This document shows positions 1-18,654 of a DNA stretch of 64,000 bases, piece after piece (the stretch's first letter is position 1; the number at the start of each line of letters is the position of its first letter). The translations under genes and the position numbers were made by a program. The notes under the pieces are model-generated. The model was given only the letters and a program-made list of their open reading frames with translations. It made no database searches and was not told where the DNA came from. Source of the DNA: Blastocystis sp. Blastoise (taxonomy: Eukaryota; Protista; Bigyra: Opalinata); assembly GCA_039096225.1 (NCBI GenBank), contig JBBPEB010000021.1, positions 496,001 to 560,000 on the forward strand, in the 5' to 3' direction.

Positions 1-1083
1 ATATGTATAAAAATGTCTATATATGTTTGGTTATAATAATTTAAAAATAAAGATGAATTCACTAATATAAAAAAAATTGTTAGTCAAATACTAAAAATTT
101 TCGTAAAAATAGCTTTTATTATTTTTTAAATTTTTTTATGACTCACTACTAAAATTACAAGTATTAGCACGTCATGCACTGCACTACTGACATAAGAGTT
201 TTGTATCCCACAACTTCCAGCTTTTAAAAAATAACTCATTTTTGTTGACTCTCTGATCTGTTGACTAACTCGTCTAGAAACTATTGATTCTGACTTAAGA
301 TGTTTGCACGTTACATAATTAACTCTAAAAATGACTTTTTGAGAGACTTTTATTTGATTCTGACGAAAAGCAGTTTTTTTAGAAGTTTTGACATACTTTG
401 TGTATGCGGAACTTTAAGTCATAATAAAATCAAATGAAAAAACTCTTCTAAAACACTTATATCCTCTTATATACAATAAAATATAAATAGACTCAGTTTT
501 GAACGAGAAAAATATTCCCGTAAATATTTTAAAAATGGAAAACTCTGGTCTGACTGCCCATGGAACAAATAGGCTCGGCTCTTTTTTTCACTGTAAAAAA
601 TATATAAATTTTTGACTTTTTGGCTGAATTTTGGTTTCGACCTGTAGAGGTCACTTCATTCAATTTTACACATACTTGTGACTCTGAGAGGGTCTAAACT
701 TTAAACAGATTAACAAAAGGTTTTAAAATATTGACCCCATTATTTGTCGGAATTGCGACTTAAAACAAAAGAAAAACGTTTTGGATATTGTGTGACCTTC
801 TATAAATAAAAAATAATGTCAATACTTTGATAAAATATGCTTAACATGAATTTTAGAGTCTAATAAAAAATCAACTGAAAAAAAGTGTCAAAATTTTGTC
901 AAAAATCACGATTTTTGCCTAAGTCGCTGAAGTCAGTCTCGTTTCATTGGTGGAACAAATTTTGAACCAAAATTAGCCAATTAAATCAATTTAAAAATTA
1001 AAAAGCGCCTCATAGTGTTTTCATTAAATCGTGTTAGAATTCATTCACAAGTAATCTTTATAGTAAACCATATATTACATAGT
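1..1083 (-). mobile_element. Probable 5' portion of a Helitron-related element running off the left edge
   Basis: Non-coding and lacks the host microsatellite introns. The reverse complement of ~940-1083 (ctatgt..aagattact..aatgaaaacactatgaggcgcttttt..taattggctaa..aaaatttgt..ccaat) resembles, in the same order, the sequence from 52061 (tctatgt..aagatact..aatgaaaaacgtattctgacgcgctttt..taattggctaa..aaaatttgtatccaat). Aligned by eye only. Confidence 0.3.
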
Positions 1084-1516
1084 CATAAAAATCTCAAAAC
1101 CATAATAATTTCTTCTTAGAATCAGAAAACATTTTTCAAATTCTATTGTATTTTTTTCATCTCAGCTTTAAAATGTTAATAAATTTTATCTAATCTTATT
1201 AAGAAACATCTTTCAGAGATAAACTGATAAAAAGAAGTCTAATTGAAGTTGCACCATGACGATGCTTATAGCGTTTGATACTTATAATTCTATAAGCAAA
1301 TGTGTATATATATGAGCTACTAAAACCATATATATTAACCTATTCAAAACTGCATACAGTCCAATATTCTAATAATACATGTGACGTCATAAAAATATGA
1401 AAACTTTTATTTCCTGTACTGTAAAAAAGTGAAAAACCGTGGGTGAATAACTAAATTATGAATATTTGATGTGATTTTTTAGAATTATTTTTATTATTTT
1501 GGCCTATCCTATATAA

Positions 1517-3023
1517 ATGAAATTAGAAACATTGGGTTCATTCGTCATAATACTTTGTTGCACATCCGTGGTATTCCTCTTAAAGTCATACATATATCTG
1601 TTTTCCATTAATTATAGTTTACTGCGTTATGTTTTTTCTTATCAATGTCTATCTTCTTCTCAGGAAAAGGTTATATACCCACAAGGTAATTTCAATAGTT
1701 AGATATCACTTTTTACAAAAATATTATACATTTAGTTTTGAAACATCTCGTTCTAGCTTTTCAAATAATCCTTTGATACGCAATAAATATTTAGATCTGC
1801 TTAATGCATCAATGAATTTCATTTATAACATCAAAAACTCAAGTTCATTCGAATTCAAATCAAATAGTAAATATTATTACATTTTCTTTTTAAATATGTG
1901 TTAGATACGTATAACCTTGCGAATAGTCACTTAATAAATCCAGAAAGAAACAGTACAATTGATTTTTCATCGAAATCACAACTTGATTCTGTAGCTACAA
2001 ATAAGGAAGTTATGCTTCTTTTCGTAACAAAAGGATATATAGATTTTGCTTTAATGTTTTATGAATCTAGTATTCTCAAAAATAATATTACTAATTATAT
2101 TTATGTTTGTGGAGACCATGAAATTTTTGAAGTATGTTTTTTATTGGTTTTTTATTATTGTTTGTTAATATTTATTATATTTATTTTATTAATTATATAT
2201 ATATTTATATATTATTTATTATATATATAAATAGATATTAAGAACTCAAGGAATAAATGTGATGATAAGTTCAGAAATAATATCTGATGATAATCATATA
2301 AAATATGGTAGTAAAACATTAAATAAAATAATGGAAAATAGATTAAATACAATGATAGGATTCTTAACTAAAGGTTATTCTATATTAAATTGTGATGTTG
2401 ATATATTATTATTAGATAATCCTTTTCATTATTTTGATCATACTTATGATGCGAATATGTCTGTTGAAGAAGATTTACCTTATAGAAGTATTAATGGAGG
2501 ATTCTTGTATGTAATTATATATAGTTATGTTCATTTATTATTAATTTATTTTATTATTATTAAATTATTTTATTATTATTAATTTTTTTTATTATTATTA
2601 TTTTTTATTATTCATTTATTAATTTTTATTATTATTATTATATGTTATATATTTATTACATAAAGAATGATTATATATATAAATAATAATAATCATAATC
2701 ATAATAGTATATTAAATATATAGTTATTTAAAAGCAGTTCCTAAATCTATTCAGTTTTTAACAAAAGTAATAAGAACAATGAATCAAAATCATGTTGATG
2801 ACCAATTAGCTATTAATTTAGTATTAAAAACAATGATGAAAACAAGTACTAATTATAAATGGGAAGAATTAGATTTATGGAGATATCAAGATGGAAGAAC
2901 TTTCTTTTATTCAAATCAATATATTTTTAATGTTACTCAATGTATATATAGTTATTATTATTGATAGTATTATATATTAATAAAATAAATTATTATTTAA
3001 TAATAATAATAGTCATAATAATA

Positions 3024-3069
<46 letters not shown>

Positions 3070-3698
3070 TATATATATATATATATATAGGTAAAACATG
3101 TATAATGATACATAATAATTGGATATATGGTTATGAAGGAAAGATCTATAGAATGAAAGAATTAGGCATATATACATATAATAAGCAACAATATTATAAT
3201 ACTAATAATCAGAAATATATTACATTTAATTTACGTTTAAATGACTATGATTATCGTATATATATATATATAATTTCATTTTTTAATTATTTTCATTATA
3301 ATTTTAGTATAATTATATTGTTATATTGAAAATATATAATACACATTTAGATAAAAATAATAATTTTTATTATTATAGATAATCAAAGAGATTTATTGCT
3401 TTTAATGTCTATATTAAGTAAGCAATTAAATCGTATATTGATTTTACCTCAGTTTATATTGTTGGATACTGTAAGTCGACAAGAAGAACAACATCTTAAA
3501 TATGGTATTGAATTCAGTTTACATAATAAGGTGTTTACAGATAAAAAGAAGAATTCTAATGAAACTTGTATATATATAGTTATTATTATTATAATTTTAT
3601 TATTGTTATTATTATGCTTATTATATATTTATTCATATTTATTATATATTTGTTATTTATTATATTTATTATATTTATTATATTTATTATATTTATTA

Positions 3699-3785
<87 letters not shown>

Positions 3786-4381
3786 GTATGGGGTTTCACT
3801 AAATCCTATGCTCCTAGGCCATTTGTTCCTGGTACTCCAATATATGGTTATAGATCTATTTCAAAGAAATGTCATAATGATAATATGCATATATTCAAAG
3901 ATCAATATATTTATTCTTCTTTAAGTAGTTTCTTATGTATAAATCATTATAATAAAATAATGAATGACACTTATCGTGAAAGTGTATATATTTATATATC
4001 TATATATTTATATATTTATATATTTATAATTTAACATTTACTTTAACTTTTAGGTTTTTTAATTTATAATTATAATTATTTAACTAAATTTTTAACATTT
4101 ATAACAAATATATATATATATAGACATTTATTCAAAATGAGAATATAGATAATAATACACGATTATTATATTCTTCAACACCTTCTATCTCTATAAAGTC
4201 ATTAAATATATCAATGACTAGCATACAGTCTATATATACTATATTAAATAAAATGAATGATATATTTATAAAATTATCTGATTTATATATACCTTCTTCA
4301 TTATTACAAGAAATACATCAATCAACATTTAATTCATCATTTATATATACAGATATATTCCAATCAAAATGTTTATTATAA
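1517..4381 (+). CDS. Multi-exon nucleotide-diphospho-sugar transferase (GT77-like) glycosyltransferase
   Basis: N-terminal hydrophobic anchor. Exons give ILNCDVDILLLDNPF (DxD), INGGFLY, DDQLAIN and IHNNWIYGYEGKIYRMKELG, typical of this family. GT-AG introns. Exon boundaries approximate. Confidence 0.75.
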
Positions 4382-5049
4382 ATATTTTTTATTTTTATAT
4401 CTATTAATTACTATTTATATATATTATATATAATACTATTATAATTATACCATTTCTATATATATATATATATCTATCTCAATATATATATAATTTATTG
4501 CTATAATAATTTTCATAATCTTAATTTTTATTTCAATTCTTATTTTAAGAATGTTTTTCTATCTAAAATGTTACTATCTTATGTTTTTTAATGCACTCAA
4601 TATTAATATATATATGTATATATGTATATATTCATTTGTGTTTTTAAAAAAATTTAACTTTAATTTTTCGATACTATTTGTATTTTTTATTTGTACTTAT
4701 ATACTAATAATTCTTTCATTTCATAATTTATTTCCAAACAATTTTATTCATTAAATTGTCATACAAGTATTATATATATTTGCTTATATAATATGTATTA
4801 TTTTTTATAATATTATATTTATATTGAATAAAAATAATTTAATATTAAACTCTGTTTTTATTCACATTTTCTTGTTTTTTCTTTATCATTGGTTTTATAT
4901 TCAAAAATAAAAACGAAACTAATTTTATTATTCTTTTTACACATTTTTTTTTACAAAATATAAAAGAAATACAGAAGCAACAAAAAAAGATATAAAAATA
5001 AAAATTGTATGAGTTTTAAAATAATGAATATATTATTTAATATATAATA

Positions 5050-5127
5050 TTATCCAGGAAAGGAATATTCTTGAATAAAACCACTATCTGTTCCTGCATA
5101 TACACTTATTTCTATATATATATAATA

Positions 5128-5162
<35 letters not shown>

Positions 5163-5171
5163 ATAATGATT

Positions 5172-5204
<33 letters not shown>

Positions 5205-5847
5205 CTTCCATCTACAGTATAGCTACATAAGCATGTGACATCATACGTGAGAGGAACTTCTTGCAATAACTCCAATGAAGGTGTGTCAAATAATAATAAT
5301 GAACTGTTTCCTTCTTGAGTCTTTGAAGATATTAATATAAAAATCTTTTCCCCACGGGAAATTAGAGCATGACATAAAATTTCTCCATTCTATATATGTA
5401 TATATATACATATAATAAAAATAAAATAATAATAATAATTTGTAATATATATATATATATACGATAGAATTAGAACCATTGAGTTCTTTCGTATCTAAAT
5501 TATAACATTGGGTTTTTCCATCATTAAGAACAACAATAATATCGCTGGTAGTAGTTCTATTTAATATTATATTATCCTATATATATATATATATATATAT
5601 TGAGAATAACTTTAGTTATATTATATAATATATATATTAAAAAAGTTTCGGCTACATAATAATAATATATATATATATATATATATATAACTATATATAT
5701 AACTATATATATAGTTATATATATATATATAACTATATATATATATACAACAATGGGTATTCCAGAAGCGATTTTGAGTTTTTCAACCATTCCCTCCAAT
5801 TGTTTACGTATAAGAGTTCCATCAGCACATCCTAAGAATAACCTATA

Positions 5848-5878
<31 letters not shown>

Positions 5879-7624
5879 TTCAATTACTATTATTTATAAT
5901 AATAATATTATTATATATATACAGATCATTACATAAACTTTGGCACATAATATCTGTTTGAAATGCCGCTAATTTTTCTTTCTCTTCAAATAATTGTGAA
6001 GTACTATTATAAATATATAATACAACATTACCTATAATTATATGATAATAGCATATATAATAATAAGTATATATATATATATATATAATAATAATAAGTA
6101 TATATATATACCTATTTCATCAGAAATAATAAAAGCTGGTTGTCCGTTATAAGGAATAATATTAATACCTTTAGGGTGATAAGAAAGCTATATAATATAT
6201 TTATAATCATATATACATATATAGTTATATATATATATATATACATTTCTCATACAACTGGTAGAACCATTTTCCAATATAAGTGAATAGATATAAAAAT
6301 CATTTCGATATTTATCATAAACCACTGCTACAAATAACTTACTCTATAGATTAAAATAATAAATATAATAATAATAAATATAATAATAATAAATATATAA
6401 TAATAATAATAATATACATAATAATCATAGTAAATAACTTCACCGTCGATAATAAAATGACTCTGATAGTCAAATGAGGTTGTATGCATCTATATATATA
6501 TATATAATAATAATATAATTATAATAAATATAATTATAATAATAATATAAATATATAAACCTAATAATAATATTAATAAACATAAATATAATAATAAATA
6601 TAATAATAATTATTATTATTATAATATATAATAATAAGTATAAATATACTTGAATACTACGATCCAAGGACGTCGTTAGAAAGCAATTCATATCAGGACA
6701 ATAACATACGCAATTAATAGCACTATCGTGTATTTGCTTTTCTCCTTCGAAATTTAAATATTTTTTTATAGTCATAACATTTACAATATTATTAGGAACA
6801 TTATTATTCATATTATTCATATTATTCATATTCATATTATTCATATTATTATTAGTATTAGTAACAGGAACAATAGATAAATTAGATATATTTGATGGTG
6901 TTGAACGATTTTGTTTATAACCTTGAAGGGTATTATTCTGTTGAAAAAAATTCAATTCATCCTGTGTATAAGTATGTCGAAATCTATAGATATATATATT
7001 AAATAATAAAAAAAAAATATAATAATAATAAAAATAAAAAAACATAATAACAATAGTAAATAAAAAAAAACTTCTTAAAAACAGTTCAATCATAAAAATA
7101 ATATTAAATACTTGCATCCATCACGAAATCTGCATGCACCCAAAATAAAATGATTACAAGGTTTTATAGAAGTATCTGCATTTGGATCTGCTACTAATGC
7201 GACATTAGACGCAACTAGCTGATTTTGAGCTGGTACAGAAGCAGTTTGTAAAGTATTCATCGTTGTGTTTGGTTGTATTATTGTATTCTGAGTATTATTC
7301 TGTGTGTTATCTATTCAATAAACAAAAGATAACAAATAGATATTTGTTATTTACAAAACATACCAGGATAATAAGTGTTGTGACGAGGACGATCGAAACG
7401 ATTTTGATTATGCTGAGTATTTTGTCTTGAGGCTGAATCAAATTGACGAGTATTCTATAAAATAATTAATTATCAACAAAATAAACAAAGAAATGCAATA
7501 CATAGTTTCTTCTATTGGTTCCATTTGTATTTGAACCATTCGTGTTGAATCTATTGCCAGCGTTTCCTTGATTATTACTCAGTTGTTGATTGATTTGATT
7601 AAATATTCTACCTCTGAATGCCAT
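5050..7624 (-). CDS. Multi-exon CCCH zinc finger + WD40 repeat protein
   Basis: N/Q/R-rich N-terminus from ATG 7624. CNHFILGACRFRDGC-RFRH zinc finger split by an intron. WD-type repeat HDSAINCVCYCPDMNCFLTTSLDRSIQ. Ends DSGFIQEYSFPG-TAA at 5050. Confidence 0.72.
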
Positions 7625-8478
7625 TATTTATTCTTTCAAATATGAAGAACTTTTTCTAAATAGTATAAATGATATAGGATATATAATTTCATCAATTAAA
7701 TACTTATTATTCCAAAATTAGAATTTTTTATGTAATGTTTTTTATTTTTTATTTTTATTTTTTATGATTTCCTAGAAATACTTTGGCAATTCTTGAAAAG
7801 AAATTTCCTTCTAAGGATTTTTATGGATATCAACTTGGTTTCTACATAATTCTCATATATTTCCATAAATATTTTATTTCTCAATTTCTGTTGCTAGCAA
7901 TTTGTTTTGTAGAAACTAGTCAATTTCCAAAAATTTGTAAAGAATTTTTACGACTTTTTATATGAATCTATAACTTGCTGAAATGAACTGAAACATTATT
8001 TAGATTTTGTTATTCAAATGAAATAGATGTTCATTCTCTTTATTTTTATTAATTTTTTATGCTGTTATGAAATAATTGTGCCAATTGTTTCGAAAATATA
8101 GCTAATCGTGATATTCATTAAGGGAAAAAGTCATTATCGAGTTATTATATTAGCATTTATTGTTTTATGTTAGATACGGTGTTTTTTACACTTTGAGCAT
8201 ATATTCTCATTCATATTTATTTCAAAAGTAGTTTTATTGGAAAAATAAATTCCAATTTTGTTTAAAAAATAGGATATCTTCTATATTTATGTGTAAGTAA
8301 TAAGTACATTAAGACGTTATTCTTATTTTAAAAATTATATATAGTGTTATTTTATATACAAACCAGATAAATACATTTTTAAAGAATAATTTCAAAACAA
8401 ATAACAAATAACACGGTTAATAATAGACTTTCTAATATATAATAGATGTTTAATAAATAATATATTATTCTTTATTAC

Positions 8479-12285
<3,807 letters not shown>

Positions 12286-12886
12286 TTAAATTAAATCGAT
12301 AATTATTAAAATAAGAAAAATTATTTAATCATGATTTCTTGTTTAATAATAATAGCAAATAGAAATATTTTCGTGAAAATATTGTTTTATAATTCTTTTG
12401 TAGTATTTATTTTAAATAATTCTTCTATTTCAATGACAATAATATCCAGAAACTCTATTGAAGTTATATAAGCAATATTCAAGATTTTTAAAGATGAATG
12501 TATTAGCTTTTATAAAATTAGATATGAAAGCGTGAAGAATTATATAATGAAGACAAAGCATTTATAATATGAATAATTCAGCATATGTTTTGAATCTTAA
12601 ATCCATAATAAATAATAAACTAAATAAACAAAACAAAATGAGGAGTCACACTCTAATAAGTAAAGTTTTAAATTTGAAAAATTGAAAATAAAAATATATA
12701 AATATCTTGTACAAAAGTAAAAAGAAAAGAAAAAATGCTAAAAAGAGAATAAAAGATAAATAAGTATATAAAAAAAAGAAAAAAAGTGAAAGAAAAACTA
12801 TATATATACTATTATTTGAAGAAAGAATATTATGAATTGATATTAATAAATGAATAAATAATTTATATCAAATATATATATATAAA

Positions 12887-14968
12887 TTACACAAAATGAT
12901 CTGTAGGATATTGATATTTATATCCATTATAATCATAATATAATACTTCTCCCTTGGTTATTTTACGTTTTGCAAGAAGTAATAAATGTATTTCACCATT
13001 AATAGCATATCGCATACTGTATACATTCTATAGAATAGATAATATTACATACATATATATCATAAATTAATTTATAGTATATATATAAAATGATTTATAT
13101 ATATATAATTATATATACTTGCTGTTTTTTAGATGATTTTTTATGATTATTAATACCACTAAGATATCTAGCTAAATTACCTTGTTTTTCAGGAATAATA
13201 ACCAGAGATGTTTTAGTATCACTATAAGTATATAGTTATTATTATATATAATTATTATTGAATATTAAAGTAGATATAATATACAATATATTTGAGAAAT
13301 AATATTTTATAATAGACTATATATATATATAGTTATATATATACTCAGTACACACAAGATCCATAATACTATCATTATCACAATGTTCGGCATTCTCTAA
13401 GATTTCTAAAACACCACAATATTCACATATAATGGTATCCTTCTCAATATCTTCATCAGCTTCTACAATATAACTATATATAAGTATAATAATAAGTTTA
13501 ATAATAATTACTATTGTTTATATAATTCTTATTATAATAAAAGTAATAATAAACTAGAAAAACAAATATTATTCTATATATAACCTTGAATTTTATCTTT
13601 TTTAACTATTACTGGTGTACATTGACCCTGTTTCCAAAGGGATTTATATTGATTATATTCTACTAATTCAGAAGGTATCATTTCCTATATATATAATATA
13701 TTATTATATTATATATATATATAATAAAATAATAATTATAATAATATTTTTATTATATGATTCTATTAATAAACAAATTATATATATACTCTAACTTTAG
13801 AAGTATCAATTTTATTACTATTCATATCTTTTGTTATATGTTCAGGATAAACTAATTCATTAGTAAATAAAATATTCTTTTCCATCATAGATGATAATAA
13901 AGATAATAACTGTTTATTTACATTCTTATTATTACTAGATGGTGTAAAACAATGAAAGGTAGGCTATATAATATATAATATATATATATAATTAATTTTT
14001 AAAATATCGAATAATATATAATATATATAATAATTAATTTTTTAAAATATTAAATAAAATATATATAATAAATCAAATATATATAATAAATCAAATATAT
14101 ATAATAAATCAAATATATACCTTAACTTTAGATATTTTTTTTGATTTTGAATCTTTTCGACAAGAACGAACTGTTCGCTTACGTTTATAGCTATAATCTT
14201 CATCACTAGACTCTTCTTCATTTATATCTTCTATGCATCGTTTCTTTCCACAAGTATGATGATCAATGGGTTCAGCATGGAAGAATTCAAAAATTGTAGA
14301 TTGATATTGTTTAGGATTTCTCTTGATCTTGTTTATTTTTTTAATTCTTTCTTTTGTTTCTTTGTCAATTTGAGCACGACATTTATCACAATACCAATCA
14401 TCGGCAGGAATTGAAGGCAAAATGGGTTTCAAACAATAAATATGGAAGCCTCCATTACATTTATCACATAAAACCATATTCTCATCATCATTAGCTACCT
14501 TACAAATCTCACAAGCCATCGTATTGTAAGCAAGTTCACCCAAGTATTCAGATCCACCCATACGAGCAAGCTTTCTAAGATGCTTTACACATACCCCATA
14601 ACTCTTGGGACGATAAATTGAGTATCGGCCAGTAGCTATCTTGTTGTTTTTAGCCATATTACGGAAAATATCACTAGCTGTAGGAGCTCCAAAGCTACTT
14701 ACATACTTGCCAGGATCAATAGCAGTAACGGTAGTACAGGAATGCTCGTCAAACAGTTCTTTGACTTCAGTATAACTATAATTTTAATCAATTATATATC
14801 TATATATCATATAAACATACTTAGAAGAGATTTCTTCAAGAAAAGGTACGTATACAGACATATCTACATAAAATAAAAAAATGTCTTCTCTTCTACCCAT
14901 TACCTCCTTTGTTTTTGGAGGCAACTTTTAGTGTCAATCATTATTTTCGCTCCAAAAGAAAGATTCAT
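12887..14968 (-). CDS. ATXR5/6-like histone H3K27 monomethyltransferase (PHD + PIP box + SET)
   Basis: PHD finger CEIC..CDKCNGGFHIYCL..WYCDKC. PIP box QSTIFEFF. SET motifs GNLARYLSGINN and C-terminal YYDYNGYKYQYPTDHFV. Start approximate. Confidence 0.85.
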
Positions 14969-15141
14969 GATTATTTTCAATAATACAATAGATATTGCTT
15001 TTTTATTCATAATTATACTTTTAGAATTTGAATTTAAAAAACTCATATGATTGGCTAATAAAGATGGATATTGATGACACCTTCTTTTAGAATAATGACG
15101 ATTATTTTGTAAAGAAAACCGAATATTTCCATATTTTTACG

Positions 15142-16438
15142 TAGAGATTTACAAAAAACCGTATATGAATATATCACCGCTTTTTTTTAGAGAAAACCGT
15201 ATATACGGTTTTTTCATTTCTCAGTCAAAATTCCATATTCGGTTTTAAAACCGTATATGAATTTTATTTTACTTATATAAAGTCAAATATTAATTTTTTA
15301 AAATTGTTTTTTGTTTTATAAGTGTTATATCAGGCTTATTCATATATTTAAGTTATTTCTTGATATTCTTTTAGAAATATTTTATTATTAATTAGATTAT
15401 ATAGACAATAAAGAGATTTAAGCTTAATCTAGTCATATTACAAACATATAATAACTGTTTCTGATAATCTCAAGCAAGTTATTGGTAGATTAAACTCTAT
15501 TGATAGTAATCAAATTTTGTCAATTTTGATTGAATCAGTTAGTTGTTCTTATTCAATACTCTAATCTGCGTTTATCAATATAAAATGAAGTAACTTCTTT
15601 TGGAAATACTATGAATCCGTAACTATAACATTTTTTTACATTATCGACTATATTTGACTCTATATTATAAATAATTACATAATATGATATATATCCTCAC
15701 TCATCAATGTGTTCTATTAAATATATGATAATTTCATTGAGATTTATCTGTCATAAAATGAATGATGTTTTTTATTCTCTTAAATACTAGTTATAGCTAT
15801 ATTAAAAGCATGAAATATTTATATAGAGAGATATAAAGTATAAATGAATCATTACTACTATAAATGAGTCAAATAAAAATAGAATCAATGTACAATTAGT
15901 GAAAATGTAATATCAGTTATCATTTATGATATGTAATTATTTATAAAGATGTTGACATGATAGAGCACATTAATCTGAAAGATATTAAAAACATTTCACA
16001 GAATATGTAGTTTTTTAAAGCTCATCAAATGTTGATTATATTAGTTTATTGTGTATTAAATAGCATTTATAGTAAAGGAGAAATATTATAGTATAAAAAA
16101 TATCAAATTAAATAATTAATTGCTTATAAAATAGTACTTATATCATGAGTATTTCAACAATATTAGTTTTTACATATATACATAACATAATTAACATTAT
16201 CATAATATAGTAAACAATAAATTCGAAGATACTTTGTGAACAATGTCAACAAATGGAATTGTTTCTTTTTTTTCTAAGTTTCTTTCTATTACAACTATAA
16301 TTCTTATGAATATACATAATTAATAAACAATAAAAAAAAAACATTAAAAGAGATATAAGTAAAATAAAAAACCGTATATACGGTTTTCTCAAAAAAAAAC
16401 CGGTGATATATTCATATACGGTTTTTTGTAAATCTCTA
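15142..16438. mobile_element. Non-autonomous hAT-type DNA transposon (MITE-like, 1297 bp)
   Basis: ~72-bp near-perfect TIRs beginning TAGAGATTTACAAAAAACCG. Exact 8-bp TSD TTTTTACG at 15134-15141 and 16439-16446. Subterminal AAAACCG repeats. No transposase. Confidence 0.9.
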
Positions 16439-16904
16439 TTTTTACGAATATTTTGAAATGATATTTTTTTTTTGGAATTATAATGAATGTGAGTTTTTTT
16501 TTGATTGTTTTGTTGATTTAATATGTGAAACATAGTAATAAAATAGAAATTAAATAGGATATGCTATCTGAGAAACGTAAAGAATAGAATAGTGATAATT
16601 TAATTGGATAAAGACTCTTTTTATGAATGTCATGATAATTTTTTCTATACTGATATAATTATTTTATTAATATAAACAACGAAATTTTTATGTGTTGAAA
16701 TAAAATCAACTAGATATACATAATTGTGGCAACCTTGAAAAATAATAATAGAGAAATAGGAAAGATATATGGATACACACGGAAATATTACATCTGACGA
16801 TGATATTCAATGAATATGGTATATAGTAAGTAGCGATTGATATAATATAGAATAATATATATAGAATATTTTATACATTTTGATAAAAAAAAGTTAAATA
16901 TTAT

Positions 16905-16946
16905 TTAAGCTTGATTTTCTTGAATACATTGCTATAGAAATAATTG

Positions 16947-17012
<66 letters not shown>

Positions 17013-18012
17013 TATTCCAAAGACAATTAAATATATCTTTACGAACAGTATTAATTTCACGAATATCTTTTTGTAATAAATTCTTTTCAACCTATATATA
17101 TGTTATATATAAATTATATATATATATATATACTTCTTTATTTAGTTTAATATAACCCATATCTGTAATATTATTATAATTATTAACAAGATCATACATA
17201 GCTTGGAAACCTAATAATAATAATAATAATATATAATAATAATAATATATAATAATAATAATAATAATTCCTATCTATACATACTTTTAATAGAAACAAT
17301 ATTATTATCCCAGCGAATAGAGCGAAGCATTTTATTCTGTTTTAAGGAATTAGCCAATAAAATGATATCATCGTCACGATAATCACAATCACTTATATTA
17401 ATAGATACTAAATCTATATATATATATATGATATTATTATTTATATTTAGTTTATAAAATAATAGTATATATATTATTATTATTCTAGTATAGAAAAAAC
17501 TATATATTATATATATATATATATACTGCTTCCTTCTTTAGAGAGAGCTTGAGAGAGACGAACCATCGATATACCTTTATTTCCTGCAATAGAAATGGAA
17601 GATAAACACGGGGATAACTCAATTAATTGAGATAAAGATTCAGATACTATATATATATTTATATATAATAAGAATAATTATGATTATTATTATATATATA
17701 TATATATATTATTATATATATACCCCTTCCTACTTCAACAACCTTGATATTATTATCGATACATAATGTTTTTATATGATTATGAGAACATTTTAAAAGA
17801 GATGTACAAAGCATATCTATATATATATATATATATAATATAAACAAACTATTAAATAAATAATTATATATATATATATACCTAATCCTTGATTATTAAG
17901 ATTACAATTCTTTATATATATATCCTTAAGGTTCATAGAAACAGAGAATAATGATACCAATCGCTGATATAAATCAACTATATATATATATATATATATG
18001 ATATAGAAATTC

Positions 18013-18102
<90 letters not shown>

Positions 18103-18559
18103 TATATAATATATATATACTAGGGAAGTTATTATTGTTAAGACATATAGTAGATTCGGGGACATTTGGATTCAGTAAAACTGACGCTAATACTCCTTCT
18201 ACATATTGAAGACGATTCTATATATATATATATATATATAATTATTATAGTGTATTCTAAGAATCATAGCAAGTGAATACAATAATAATAATAATAATTG
18301 TATTATAAATAATACAGTTAAATAAATATATAATAATAAAAATAATATATGTATATATATACTCTCATATCTCCTAACCCGATCGTATTAATTTTTCCTG
18401 TAGCTATAAATGGATTAACAGAAAGATACGCTGTCTCATCAATTAGATTTCCACTTATATCTATAGAGGATATCTGTATTTCGTCACCTGAAAGAGCTTC
18501 AATGATTGGACTAAAGTATAACGATGCACGTGCCATATCGAGCTGTTTTAATTGAGTAC

Positions 18560-18654
<95 letters not shown>

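Noticed and set aside
1001-1017. CACTA transposon end (..TAGTG)
   Set aside because: Only a 5-bp match with no partner TIR in the window. The similarity to 52061+ continues past this point.
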